Source: a virus (lineage: Duplodnaviria > Caudoviricetes). Taken from it: a stretch of DNA of 59,270 bases. The position numbers and the translations under genes were made by a program. The notes under the pieces are model-generated. The model searched no databases and was not told the DNA's origin. It worked only from the letters and a program-made list of their open reading frames with translations. Shown one piece after another: positions 19,023 through 29,561 of this stretch; within the stretch, counting starts at the first letter, position 1, and every line of letters begins with the position of its first letter. Location of the stretch: IMG/VR virus record IMGVR_UViG_3300005096_000097, positions 1 through 59,270 of that record, one strand, 5' to 3'.

Positions 19023-19290
19023 AGTGACAATTCAAGTGCGAAACTTGGTGACCAAGCTTCTCTTTCCTCAGGAACCCTGTCTCGGGAGTATTTGCCGTGT
19101 TGTCGAACAGGTTTTTGCGGATAATGATAAAATTGCTGAGGGTATGGTTGCTCTCATCCTGAGTGTTGGCGACGGCGATGGTGGTAAATCCACAGTGCTA
19201 GAGGTTGGCGACGAGATTACCTTTTCGGACGACGTCGGGCAAATCGGTTTTCTGGATGTTCAGACAAGGACCCTCTTTGATGTCAGCTAA
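19006..19290 (+). CDS. hypothetical protein
   Basis: 94 aa ORF with GGGG RBS. Confidence 0.5.
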   Translation: MTILFEVTIQVRNLVTKLLFPQEPCLGSICRVVEQVFADNDKIAEGMVALILSVGDGDGGKSTVLEVGDEITFSDDVGQIGFLDVQTRTLFDVS

Positions 19291-19546
19291 ACAGCACTTA
19301 CCAACAATCACCTCCGCAACCCTCGACGGCATGCTAGCCTCCATGTCTAAGGATTTGCAGATACATGACTGGGTTGCCAAGTTGTGCCGGGAGAACCCAC
19401 AAATCGTCTATGTCTTGGACATGTTACCCTCCGAGTCTAAGTCGTCCCTGCTTGTGGCCTCCATGGTATACAAAATGCTGGATTCACAACTGGAAGCTGA
19501 CCAGATGAACAAAGACTTTGGACTAACTGGAGACACACATGAGTAA
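19280..19546 (+). CDS. hypothetical protein (paralogue of 19539-19808)
   Basis: Shared 'W....ENP.I......VYK.L..Q' motif. Confidence 0.65.
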   Translation: MSAKQHLPTITSATLDGMLASMSKDLQIHDWVAKLCRENPQIVYVLDMLPSESKSSLLVASMVYKMLDSQLEADQMNKDFGLTGDTHE

Positions 19547-19808
19547 ACCTGGTCACCCTCGACTCCCCGAGGAGGCATTTGATAGGCTCACCGCCGAATT
19601 AAATGGCGATCCTGATACGGTCCCCAGGTGGATTGAACAAATGGCCACAGAGAATCCTGGTATCCTTAGGGTCGTGATGGCCATCACCGGGGGTAACGCA
19701 AGCGTCCGATCTGCCCTCCTGGTTTACAAGCTACTTGAGGCACAACCTGATCCACAACCACCAGAGGACGATGAATTCTGGTGGGATATCAACCCAAGTC
19801 AGAATTAA
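19539..19808 (+). CDS. hypothetical protein (paralogue of 19280-19546)
   Basis: GGAG RBS; shared motif. Confidence 0.7.
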   Translation: MSKPGHPRLPEEAFDRLTAELNGDPDTVPRWIEQMATENPGILRVVMAITGGNASVRSALLVYKLLEAQPDPQPPEDDEFWWDINPSQN

Positions 19809-19810
19809 AC

Positions 19811-19839
19811 TTGACAGATGTCCTTTCCTCAGGTAGACT
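19811..19839 (+). promoter_or_regulatory. sigma70-like promoter
   Basis: TTGACA-N17-TAGACT, intergenic. Confidence 0.7.
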
Positions 19840-19927
19840 AGGGGTGTACGAGTTACTTTTCCCCTGGAACCCTTACTGAAGGACACTTCTATGAAATACT
19901 AATCAAACTGTGCCATGAGGAGGTAGT

Positions 19928-20170
19928 ATGATGTTCTTACTCCGCTGGCCAGGCATGCTTCTCATGTCTCTGGCATTTGCTTACGTCCTGTTTCGAGTAT
20001 TTATCTGGGCTCTAACCAGTTCCCGTATCTCGAACGCCATCAATCGGGTATCTGATCCGTTGATTGAATCATCCGAGACTCCTCCTGCGTCTCCACCTTT
20101 TGATAAGCGTAAAGCTTCCGAGAGTCTGATGCAGGAAATTAGACGATCACGACCCCATAACAAATCTTAA
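19928..20170 (+). CDS. single-TM membrane protein
   Basis: GGAGG RBS; hydrophobic N-terminus; precedes the SPFH gene. Confidence 0.65.
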   Translation: MMFLLRWPGMLLMSLAFAYVLFRVFIWALTSSRISNAINRVSDPLIESSETPPASPPFDKRKASESLMQEIRRSRPHNKS

Positions 20171-20183
20171 AGGAACAGCGACA

Positions 20184-21536
20184 ATGCGTACTTCAAGTAC
20201 AATCAAACTCTATGCGGCAGGTGGTGCCGTAATTATTGCATTACTACTCGGACTTGGCGTCTTCTTTGGAGCCGTCGGTTACAATGTTGATCAGAATTAC
20301 CAAGTTGTCCAAGGCGTCACCGGCTCTGTCCGTATCCAGGACAAACCAGGTTACTACTACAAAGGCTTTGCGACGATTACCAATTATCCTCGGACCCTCG
20401 AAGGCGCCTATTCGGCACACCCTCTCGAAGGGGACCCCACGGATACTTCGATTCGCGTTACATTCAATGATTCGGGCACCGCTCAGGTTTCGAGTTATGT
20501 GAAAGTCCAGATGCCATCAGACCCTGTGAAACGGCGTAAGTTGCATCAAGATTTCCAAGGTAACTTCGCGAGTATCAAGGTTGCAATTCGAGCCCACCTC
20601 GTCAATTGTATCAAAGCCAGTGGACCTGTGATGTCCGCGTCAGAGAATCAAGCCTCTCGTAAGGCCGAGTTCAACCACATTGTGGAAGCTCAGCTTGCCA
20701 ATGGTCTCTACAAGATGCGTAGAACGAAGATCACACTCGATGATTTGACTGAGATTGTTGACGCAGGTGTCGACAAAGACGGGAATCGGGTTACTAAAGA
20801 GAAGAAGGCTGTTGTGAATGCCACACAGATTGTCAACAACAAAGATGGACAGCCCATCGTTATCCAGACGTCGCCACTGAAATCCTACGGTATCACAATC
20901 ATGCAGTTCTCGATCACCGAGACCCAGTATGATGAAGCTACCCTTCGGCAGTTTGCCGCTAAGAAAGAGTCTTACCTCAATGCCGAGAAGTCAAAAGCTC
21001 AGCGACAAGAAGAAGTTCAATCCCGTCTGATGATCCAAGAGAAGGGTCGCCGCCAAGTCGCGGAGATTCAAGCTGAAGAGAATCAGAAGAAGGAACGTGC
21101 TTTGATTCAGGCTACCCAGGCTGAAGAAGTTGCCGAGATCGCCAAACGTCAGGCAGTTATTGCTGCGGAACAGCGAGTCGAGGTTGCCTTGCAACTGAAG
21201 ACTGAAAGTGAAACGCTTCGAGACATCGCGGGAATCAACGCTGAAACGGCTGAGCTTGATAAGAAAGCTGTTATCTCGTCTGCCGAGGCTCGACAGCAGG
21301 AGATCGAAATTGGCGGTGGTATCACTGAAGCCCAGCGTGTCCTTGCTGAGATTAAAGCAGACAGAGATGTCAAAGTCGCTATTGCACTCGCCAAAGTCAA
21401 GACACCTGGTGTCGTGATGGTTGGCGGCGGTGGTTCTGGTGGGAGCGGAAACGTCATGGAGAACCTCATCAACATGTGGTTGCTGAAATCCAATGGTATT
21501 CTGGAACCTGTTGTCGAAGACGCAGATGATGAATAA
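20184..21536 (+). CDS. SPFH/band-7 (flotillin-like) membrane protein
   Basis: N-terminal TM, SPFH-like core ('IRVTFND.GTA.V', 'YGITIMQFSI'), long AE-rich coiled coil, Gly-rich tail. Confidence 0.8.
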   Translation: MRTSSTIKLYAAGGAVIIALLLGLGVFFGAVGYNVDQNYQVVQGVTGSVRIQDKPGYYYKGFATITNYPRTLEGAYSAHPLEGDPTDTSIRVTFNDSGTAQVSSYVKVQMPSDPVKRRKLHQDFQGNFASIKVAIRAHLVNCIKASGPVMSASENQASRKAEFNHIVEAQLANGLYKMRRTKITLDDLTEIVDAGVDKDGNRVTKEKKAVVNATQIVNNKDGQPIVIQTSPLKSYGITIMQFSITETQYDEATLRQFAAKKESYLNAEKSKAQRQEEVQSRLMIQEKGRRQVAEIQAEENQKKERALIQATQAEEVAEIAKRQAVIAAEQRVEVALQLKTESETLRDIAGINAETAELDKKAVISSAEARQQEIEIGGGITEAQRVLAEIKADRDVKVAIALAKVKTPGVVMVGGGGSGGSGNVMENLINMWLLKSNGILEPVVEDADDE

Positions 21537-21586
21537 GTTGACTTGAGAAGAGTTGTTATCGGTTTGACTTACGCCGATAAATAGTT

Positions 21587-21623
21587 GCGGGGTGGTGTGG
21601 CAGGCTTCACCACCCCGCTTTTT
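21587..21623 (+). terminator. Rho-independent terminator
   Basis: GCGGGGTGGTG-N10-CACCACCCCGC followed by TTTTT. Confidence 0.85.
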
Positions 21624-21645
21624 ATTACCCTATTATGGAATTCAG

Positions 21646-22468
21646 ATGGCAACCGCATACACAATGCTGGATGATAAGCTCATCCGTGACCCCGCCGTAG
21701 ATACAACTCTGGACACCACCCGCTACACGACACTTGAAGACACCCAGAGGTATTGGGTAGGGTTCCGCGCAGGGACGCAGGCAGTCTACCTAATCGCCTT
21801 TGGCTACTTCGAGGATAGACGGGACTACATTGTTTGCAACTCCCCGGGTGAGTTGCTCCAAGCCTTGAAACTTGTCAGGACGGCATTCCCCGCGAAGAAC
21901 TCCAGAACGAAGTCCCCCAGAAAGAAGAAATGACATGTCTACCTACCAGATGACGGAGAATGGTGGATTGATACCCATGCCCGAGGATACCACCGACTCT
22001 TCCCCATACCATACAATCCTGGACGAGGACCCTGTCTGGGGTTTGCAGAAGGAATCGGATCCAAATATGTTCCGCGTGTCCTTTGAATTAACTGGGGTGG
22101 GTGGACCTACGCACCATACCATTTCCTGTAGGGGCCCCGGACGTTATGTCCAAGCTCTTGCGCTTGTAAAATCTGCTCTCACACCAGGGAATTAAATGCC
22201 TTCTTACACACTCGACCATCAGAGTACCCTTCAAGCTACGGAATGTGACCGCACCCCCACCCAAGAAGATCGGGAACGTCGGTACTATACAATTCACCAG
22301 GAACCTGGTCTATGGGTTAGTCAGCGAAAGGGCATATCACAGCAGTTTCTAGTGACTGTGAGTTTCCCTGAGGTCCCCGAGGCTGAGTCCCACACTGTTT
22401 TCTGTGAGGGGTTCGGCAAATGCCTCCAAGCCATATCCACTGTTAGGTCTGCGTTCCCCTCCAGATAG
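21646..22468 (+). CDS. three tandem paralogous small genes (21646-21933, 21935-22195, 22196-22468)
   Basis: Each shares 'Y.T......W......F.V.F.....H...C...G...QA...V.SAF'. Confidence 0.7.
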
Positions 22469-22515
22469 AGACCCAGGTTTCGTTATCTCGGAAATTATAC
22501 CTCAGGAGAAGTAAA

Positions 22516-23085
22516 TTGGAAGTCCTCAACTACCCACACCCATCTCTACGATTCAAGACTCATCAGCTCCTACGAGTTGATGACCACATCCGCAACGTCG
22601 CTGCCAAAATGGCGGAAACGATGGTTTCCGAACAAGGTGCCGGCTTGTCTGCCAACCAGGTTGGATTACCCTTCAGTATGGTCGTCGTTAAGATCGACAA
22701 AGACAACGAGGCCGCGTTCATTAACCCGGTGATTAAACCCTTTGGAAAGATTGAGTCGAAGCTCGAAGGCTGTCTCTCACTCCTTGACTGTGAGCCTATC
22801 CGGGTGAAGAGACATACGAAAGTTCGGTTGACTGCTTGGGATTTGTATGGCAACAACCTAGATGAAGTGTTCACTGGTCCAATGGCTCGTGTGCTCCAGC
22901 ATGAGTGTGATCATCTAAACGCAATCTTAATCAGTGATAAGGCCGATGCCACTCAGGCAAGGCAAATTGCTCCTTACCTTCGAGAATGTGAAGCTGCTTG
23001 GAACAAGTATCCTCAGCTCATCCACGCCGAGGAATTTAATTCGCTCCTGGAGGCATATTGTGGTGTGAAGGTGCCAGTGGCATAA
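22516..23085 (+). CDS. def: peptide deformylase
   Basis: Motifs 'GAGLSANQVG', 'EGCLS', 'QHECDHL'; TTG start with AGGAG RBS. Confidence 0.95.
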   Translation: MEVLNYPHPSLRFKTHQLLRVDDHIRNVAAKMAETMVSEQGAGLSANQVGLPFSMVVVKIDKDNEAAFINPVIKPFGKIESKLEGCLSLLDCEPIRVKRHTKVRLTAWDLYGNNLDEVFTGPMARVLQHECDHLNAILISDKADATQARQIAPYLRECEAAWNKYPQLIHAEEFNSLLEAYCGVKVPVA

Positions 23086-23185
23086 TGACTTGGGTCATGC
23101 TGAGGTGCATATCCCTGACAGTAGTCCTATTCCTCACCCATTTCTCGCACTTGTGATTCTGGGGTACTATAATGGGCAGAGACTC

Positions 23186-23213
23186 TTGACAAACTCCGAA
23201 TCTAGCGTATACT
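23186..23213 (+). promoter_or_regulatory. sigma70-like promoter
   Basis: TTGACA-N16-TATACT upstream of the prs-containing unit. Confidence 0.55.
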
Positions 23214-23310
23214 TATGGTGTGAAGAGACAGATTGCCCGTACCTCCAAGTCCCTGGTACGGTGTGGTGTAAGAAACATGGACTGCGAAACCCCTGTAAGG
23301 ATTTAGACAC

Positions 23311-23556
23311 ATGATACCTCTGAGCGTGGTCATCCTTCTAATGTTGGCAACTGTCGCGTGTACCACAGCCTATCTGGAGTATGCGGATAAGCAACTCCTC
23401 GCGACCGCCATGAAATCGAAAACAACCGGGAGATGCGAGGAATTGAAGTGTCCATACCCTCGGCTACCTGGGAAACCCTGGTGTGAGGGTCACGAACTAC
23501 GTAAACGTTTTCAAATCCCTGAGGTTCCCGTACAGGATAAGGATTTAGACATATGA
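23311..23556 (+). CDS. small membrane-anchored protein with C-x4-C...C-x2-H motif
   Basis: N-terminal TM; 'CEELKCPYPRLPGKPWCEGH'; the same motif is duplicated just upstream (about 23216-23314). Confidence 0.6.
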   Translation: MIPLSVVILLMLATVACTTAYLEYADKQLLATAMKSKTTGRCEELKCPYPRLPGKPWCEGHELRKRFQIPEVPVQDKDLDI

Positions 23557-24407
23557 GACTGATTTATTTGCATGGTCAACAGGAAGACGACCGAGTCGAC
23601 CACATCACATTCCCAACCGGTGAACAGCACATCCGTATCCGTGGCTTGGAAGCCGGTGAGGATGTAACCATCGTTTACAACGAACCCTCGGGTCGCGACC
23701 TCATAAAGCTAGGTCTTGCGGTCAATATCTGTCGCCGGGCTCGGGTTGGCTCCATGACGCTCGTGATGCCCTTCATCCCGTATGCCCGACAGGACACTTG
23801 TTTCGTCGAGTCCGATCCACTGTCCATCGATGTGTTCGCTCGGTTGTTGAACACCTTTGAGTTTGACCGGGTCCTTGTTGCGGACCCACATTCTCTGGTG
23901 AGCCCAGCTCTTATCAGGAATGTTGAGGTCATTCACCAGCATGAGATTGCCGCAGCAGCAGTAATGGATTTGGTAGAGAACCTTAGTGATCCCATCGCTC
24001 TGGTTGCTCCGGACTTAGGGGCAGCAAAGAAGATCAAGAAGCTTCAGCAGTATCTCGCTGATACAGAAGACATCCTGTTACCAGTAATCCAGTGTGACAA
24101 GACCCGGGACCCAGTGACGGGTAAAATCACTGGGTTCAAGATACTGGATGGGGACCCGGACGACCCAGTTGCCCATCATTGCATTATGATCGATGATTTG
24201 GCCGACGCAGGAGGTACATTTCTGGGACTTGCGGACGTTATCCAACAAGCAGGAGCCTCCGGTCAGTCGCTTTACGTCACCCATGGCATATTCTCGAAGG
24301 GGACAGATCACATTGTCGAGAAGTTCTCCCATGTATACGCAACTGGGTCATTCAAGGCCCAACCAGGTGTGATTCTGGTTAAAATCCGCTCGGAGTATTA
24401 TGTCTAA
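23553..24407 (+). CDS. prs: ribose-phosphate pyrophosphokinase homologue (candidate Adps of NARP1)
   Basis: 'FPTGEQHIRI', 'PFIPYARQD', 'DPHS', 'APDLGAAKK', 'MIDDLADAGGTF', 'VTHGIFS'. Confidence 0.93.
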   Translation: MRLIYLHGQQEDDRVDHITFPTGEQHIRIRGLEAGEDVTIVYNEPSGRDLIKLGLAVNICRRARVGSMTLVMPFIPYARQDTCFVESDPLSIDVFARLLNTFEFDRVLVADPHSLVSPALIRNVEVIHQHEIAAAAVMDLVENLSDPIALVAPDLGAAKKIKKLQQYLADTEDILLPVIQCDKTRDPVTGKITGFKILDGDPDDPVAHHCIMIDDLADAGGTFLGLADVIQQAGASGQSLYVTHGIFSKGTDHIVEKFSHVYATGSFKAQPGVILVKIRSEYYV

Positions 24408-25802
24408 AGAAACCATCACCATCTCGCGAAAAGCGTACAAAGAACTGCAATACTACCAGAATCTGGTAGAATCTCTGCGCAATCTTGGTGTTTCTCAGTG
24501 GGAACTTTACGAACTAGCCGTTAGTATGGCAGGCGAGTGTGGACGTCCCCAGGATGTAGAGACGGCTGAATCTCTCACGGAGAAGGCTCGCCGTCTCCAA
24601 GCTGAGGGGCGGCGGCGTGAGGCAGGACATTCGGATGAAGTTCCAACACTGGTGACAAACGAATCCCTTGTCAGTCCAGAGCAGGCGGCTCTGTGGGAAG
24701 CGAAGAGAAGCTCAAAGAACTCAACGAGAGAAAACCATCCGATGATTCCAAATGACCAAAACAACCCAGGACCCGCCCGCGCGCCCCATGATGTGCGGGA
24801 CAATCAGGCGACAGGCTATTGTGAGTCCCACCCAGTTCATAACCAGGGGCGGACCTTAGAGGTTCAGGACACCAATGATCCCCTCAGAATGGTGGAAGTG
24901 AACAAAGGACTCCTTGACAAACTCGTGGAGGATAGTAAGCTTCTAGCAGCAATGCGTCGGCATGGCGTCCACCACTGGGACGGCTATGCTTACGCGGTCG
25001 AGTACGTGTATTTCAAAGATGGTAAGAAAGATGCCAGATAAGATAATATCTGAGGAGTCTTACAAAGTTCTCTGCTTTAATCATCACCTTCTGGAGAGCT
25101 TGTATACCTATGGTGTGCAAACCTGGGAGGGCTACAATGACGCCTTCAATAAGGCACGCGAGAACTACCATGCCCCAGGCGGTGATCAGATTCCAGGCAT
25201 ACCACCCAAGGAGGTGGTATGAAAACAGTAACGATACTGAAGGCAGACTACAAAGGCTACCTCTTTGCGACCCGAATCTTGAACAGTTTGTATCATAATG
25301 GCGTACGCGATTGGGAAGGGTACGATGAAGCCTTTAACACTGCATGTGAACAGCACGAAGCCGCAGATGACGACCAGATTCCAGGCATAACATCCAAGGA
25401 GGTGGGATGAACACAGTAACGATACCCGAGACGGAGTACATGGTACTCCAAGAGGCTGCTCACTACCTGTTCGCACTCGAAGATCATGGGGTGGTTACTT
25501 GGGGCGGACACAATGAGGCAGCCAATCAGGCATCAATTAACATTGCCTCAGGTATCCCTCTAAAGGAGTTGTATTCTAGGAAGATGGGAATGGACCCCAC
25601 TCAGGAGATTGGGGATTGTACCTACCAGTACATCGTGGCTTCCGAAGCGACGCCAGCTATGGTTTCAATTCCGGAACTACAGTACAAACGTTTCCAGTCT
25701 GACCGGGCACTGATGGAGGAGATGTTCAAACAAGGGCTGGATGAGTGGTACGGCTACTCGGCTGCAATTGTTGCCTTAACAGACCGAGGCGTTGAATTAT
25801 GA
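24400..25802 (+). CDS. four tandem paralogous genes (24400-25041, 25031-25222, 25219-25410, 25407-25802) with an 'L...GV..W.GY..A' domain
   Basis: Motif seen six times (GVSQWELY, GVHHWDGY, GVQTWEGY, GVRDWEGY, GVVTWGGH, GLDEWYGY). Confidence 0.75.
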
Positions 25803-27431
25803 GTGGCTACAGTGACTTCAAACACAGTACTGTCCAGGTGGTGGAGATTCATTACAAGAATCTCAAAGCGGCGGGTTTGTATTTGGACGGTGAGCTGAGG
25901 GTTAACGGTGAATTCGCCTACGAAGTCTGCCAGTGCATAAATCAGAAGTGGATGGAATGCCTAACCGAATTTGGGTGGGATGGCGATTATGGGCGGCGCG
26001 TACTTAAAGGGTACTACGCCAAGAGGTTCTTTACTGGTAGTCAGTGGGTCCTCCCTGATCACTTCTCGAAGTTCCCTTGGCATCAGAGTACAACAACCTG
26101 GCATGGACCTACAGTTGAGCGAGTGGCAGCAAATAATCGCGAGAAGGAACGGTTATATGCACAATCTTGATGCAATCAAAGTCGTTTATGTTGTAATTGA
26201 CGACGATACCCGGCAGGCATATGTCCTCTATGTTGATGGTGAGCTAGAAGCCACGGGCTTCAACAGCATCCAGAAAGCCATGTCTGCGTCCCTTGAATCG
26301 GGGTGGTCTGGTCGCTACGAACGCATCAACATGAATGGACTAAGTGCCTACTTGACCTATACAGAATATGCACATATGCCTGACAGTCTTGAGAATTTGT
26401 TAGAACATCGGCGTGTCGAGCATGTGGCTTGTGTATTTTCGGGAGAGCTTGACTGATGAATCTTGATTACGTTAAAGTCGTTTATGTTGTAATTGACGAT
26501 GATACCCGGCAGCGGCGTGGGCTCTACATCGATGATAAGCTAGAAGCTGTTGGTATTGAGGGCTGTCGGTTGGCGATGGCTGCGTCTTATGAATCGGGGT
26601 GGTCTGGGCTCTACGAGCGAATGTACATGAACGGATTAGGGGCTTATCTTCTCTGCGAAGAGTACATGATCATGCCTGTCACCCTTGAGGAATTGTTAGA
26701 TGGTGGCTGTCTCGAATCTGGGGCTTGCATATTCCCTGAGGAGCTTGACTGAAATGAATCTTAATAAAATCGAAGTGGTCTACGTTGTAATTGACGATGA
26801 TACCCGGCAGCGGCGTGGGCTGTATGTGGGTGGTGAGCTAGAAGCTGTTGGTAAGGATGCTGCCCGACAGAGTATGACTTTGTTATGGGAGTTGGGGTGG
26901 ACCGGTCCCTATGAGCAGGTGTTTCTGACTGGTATTTACTCGTATGAGTTTTGTGAAGATTATGCTGACATGCCTGACACTTTGGATGAAGTTCTTTTAT
27001 GTGGTGGTGTCGAGAATGGTTTTCGTCAATTCCCTGCGGAGCTTGATTAAACAATGGCTGACATCAAAGACATACGAATCACGTTGGTTGTGGTCAATCC
27101 CGAGGAGTGCCACCCGCTGATTGGACTCTATGTGAACCATCACCTGACTGACGGCGGGCATTGGGATCCGAACGACACAATCAAGCGGATTGACGCCTGG
27201 CTATCCGTGCTACAGTCCTCCGGGTGGGGTGGGAAGTACACCTGTATGGAGTACAACCAAGTCAATAAAGACGTCTACTTCATGAATGGACTTCCAGTGT
27301 GGGACGACGAATTACGATCTGCCCCACCAAATCGCTATGCAAAGTGTGTACGCTCATTTGGGGATACGAATACGATTCGTGAATCGGCGTGGGACATCGA
27401 ATACAATCCTCCTTTAGTACCTTTTGATTAG
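25799..27431 (+). CDS. five tandem paralogous genes (25799-26170, 26157-26456, 26456-26752, 26754-27050, 27054-27431)
   Basis: Shared 'I.V.YV.ID......GLY.DGEL...G.......GW.G.Y'; the middle three are near-identical at DNA level. Confidence 0.75.
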
Positions 27432-27440
27432 GGAGTAGTT

Positions 27441-28091
27441 GTGGGAAGAGGCGAGACTTACAAGTATGATTACAGCCCCGGGACGAAGTACGGGAAGCTC
27501 ACGATTGTGAAGTGGGAGAGGCCCTATGTCATTTGCGACTGTGATTGTGGAAACAAGGGGAGTACGCACCACTCACGAGACGTTAGTAACGGGAATACCA
27601 AATCATGTGGTTGCTTAGCAAGTGGAGCTGGTGCAAGTAACTTCAACCATCGACATGGGCAGTGTCGGACACGGGTGTATCGTATCTGGTGTGCCATGAA
27701 GTCCCGGTGCTATAATGAGAAGGTGCCACACTACAAACATTATGGTGGTCGCGGGATCACAATTTGTGAGGAGTGGCTGGGTCCCAAGTGTTTTGAAGTG
27801 TTCCAATCATGGGCTCTCGCCAATGGGTACAAGAAGCATTTGTCAATTGACAGAATTGACAATGACAAAGGGTATAGTCCAGCAAATTGCCGGTGGGCTA
27901 CCCAGAAAGAACAGACAAACAACCAACGCCCAATGCGGAGCACAAACACCAGCGGGTTCAAAGGTGTGTATGCTACCAAGTCGAGTACAAGCCCATGGAA
28001 CTCCCGGTACAAGGGTAAGTACATTGGCTGCTACAAAACAGCAGAAGACGCAAACGAAGCCTATCTCCTTTATTTAGAAAGTCTTGAATAA
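27441..28091 (+). CDS. HNH homing endonuclease (with AP2-like C-terminus)
   Basis: 'CDCG', 'KSCGC', 'YGGRGITICEEW', 'SIDRIDNDKGYSPANCRWAT', 'NTSGFKGV'. Confidence 0.9.
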   Translation: MGRGETYKYDYSPGTKYGKLTIVKWERPYVICDCDCGNKGSTHHSRDVSNGNTKSCGCLASGAGASNFNHRHGQCRTRVYRIWCAMKSRCYNEKVPHYKHYGGRGITICEEWLGPKCFEVFQSWALANGYKKHLSIDRIDNDKGYSPANCRWATQKEQTNNQRPMRSTNTSGFKGVYATKSSTSPWNSRYKGKYIGCYKTAEDANEAYLLYLESLE

Positions 28092-29560
28092 TGCCTAACT
28101 TACTTGTAAGCACTGACGACTATAAAGTTCAGCATAAAGAAATGATGGTTCCGGGGACCAACAAGTCCTACTCATATTTGGAATGTCGAGGGTCCCGCAC
28201 AGATGGTTTAGATTACTCTGTGTTCTTTGGGCTTCAATACTACCTGAAAGAGTACTTTAGTCGGGCAGTCACCCACTCAGATGTGGACCATTTAGAACGA
28301 ATCCTTAACCATGTCAATGGTCCTGGATCTGTGAATATGCAGAAGTTCCGCGACTTAGCTGACCTCGGCTATCTGCCCTTGAGAATTAAGGCAGTCCCTG
28401 AAGGGACCGTCATGCCTCTTAAACATGTTATGCTCACTTTAACAAACACTGATCCTGACTTTGGCTGGTTCGTCCAGTATGTTGAGTCACTCCTCCTTAA
28501 AGTGTGGTTACCTATTACAGTCGCCGCAAACTCCTACAGATTCTTTAGAATGTTCTCAGGACTTGCTCAAAAGTCAGCCGGACACACGGACTTTGTCCCG
28601 TTCCAGATGCACGACTTTGGGTATCGAGGTACAGACAGCGATGAAGCGGCCCGGATTGCTGGTGCTGCCCACTTGCTATCCTTTACGGGCACCGACAATC
28701 TCCCCGCTGTCGATTTTCTCATGCAGCATTATGATGCAGGGAATTGTGACCGACCCATTGGACTCTCGGTCCCGGCGAGTGAACACTCGGTCATGTGTAC
28801 ACACAGCACAGACAACGACGATAAATCTGCTATCAAACATCTCCTGGACAATTTCCCGTCAGGTATAATATCCGTAGTCAGCGACACCTATGATTTATTT
28901 AAGGCAGTTGGTCAATACTACAACATTGATTTCCACGACCGAATCATGGAACGTGATGGCAAGTGGGTCGTTCGACCGGACAGTGGTGACCCGCCAAACA
29001 TTATCTGTGGTGATCCTGCTGGCGAGACAATTGAAGAGCAAATGGGTGTTGTTCGCCTCCTTGAGAAGGGATTTGGCTCCACAACCAACGAACTTGGCTA
29101 CAAAACCCTCGATCCTCATGTCGGTTGCCTCTATGGGGACGCTATCTTCTACGAACGCGCCCAGCAGATTCTCAGCCGCTTGATGGGTATGGGCTACAGC
29201 ACCGAGAACATCCTGTTCGGAAGCGGAGGCTTACTACTTAACAACTGGTCCCGCGACACACTGGGCATGGCACTCAAAGCCACGTACTGTGAAGTCAACG
29301 GTGAACCAAGACCCGTCGAGAAGAAGCCGAAGACGGACACGACTAAGACGTCCAAGAAGGGTCTACTCAGATTGGAACGATACCAAACCGAACTGGGGAC
29401 TCAATACAAGACCCTCCAGAATGTCACCCCAGAACAGGAACAGGGCGGCATCTTGGAGACTGTCTTCGAGGACGGTAAGATTCTACGATTCCAGAACCTC
29501 GATCAGGTTCGAGACACACTTGAGTCTAACGAGAACAAGCCAGCGGGGTTACTAGTCTAA
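28091..29560 (+). CDS. nadV: nicotinamide phosphoribosyltransferase homologue (candidate Namat of NARP1)
   Basis: 'TDDYK', 'FFGLQY', 'HDFGYRG', 'PASEHSVM', 'SVVSDTYD', 'RPDSGDP', 'FGSGG', 'SKKG'. Confidence 0.93.
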   Translation: MPNLLVSTDDYKVQHKEMMVPGTNKSYSYLECRGSRTDGLDYSVFFGLQYYLKEYFSRAVTHSDVDHLERILNHVNGPGSVNMQKFRDLADLGYLPLRIKAVPEGTVMPLKHVMLTLTNTDPDFGWFVQYVESLLLKVWLPITVAANSYRFFRMFSGLAQKSAGHTDFVPFQMHDFGYRGTDSDEAARIAGAAHLLSFTGTDNLPAVDFLMQHYDAGNCDRPIGLSVPASEHSVMCTHSTDNDDKSAIKHLLDNFPSGIISVVSDTYDLFKAVGQYYNIDFHDRIMERDGKWVVRPDSGDPPNIICGDPAGETIEEQMGVVRLLEKGFGSTTNELGYKTLDPHVGCLYGDAIFYERAQQILSRLMGMGYSTENILFGSGGLLLNNWSRDTLGMALKATYCEVNGEPRPVEKKPKTDTTKTSKKGLLRLERYQTELGTQYKTLQNVTPEQEQGGILETVFEDGKILRFQNLDQVRDTLESNENKPAGLLV

Positions 29561-29561
29561 G

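Noticed and set aside
23090-23314. 74-aa ORF as a real gene
   Set aside because: TTG start without RBS and it spans promoter-like sequences; only its 3' part is a duplicate of the next gene's Cys/His motif, so it is probably a remnant
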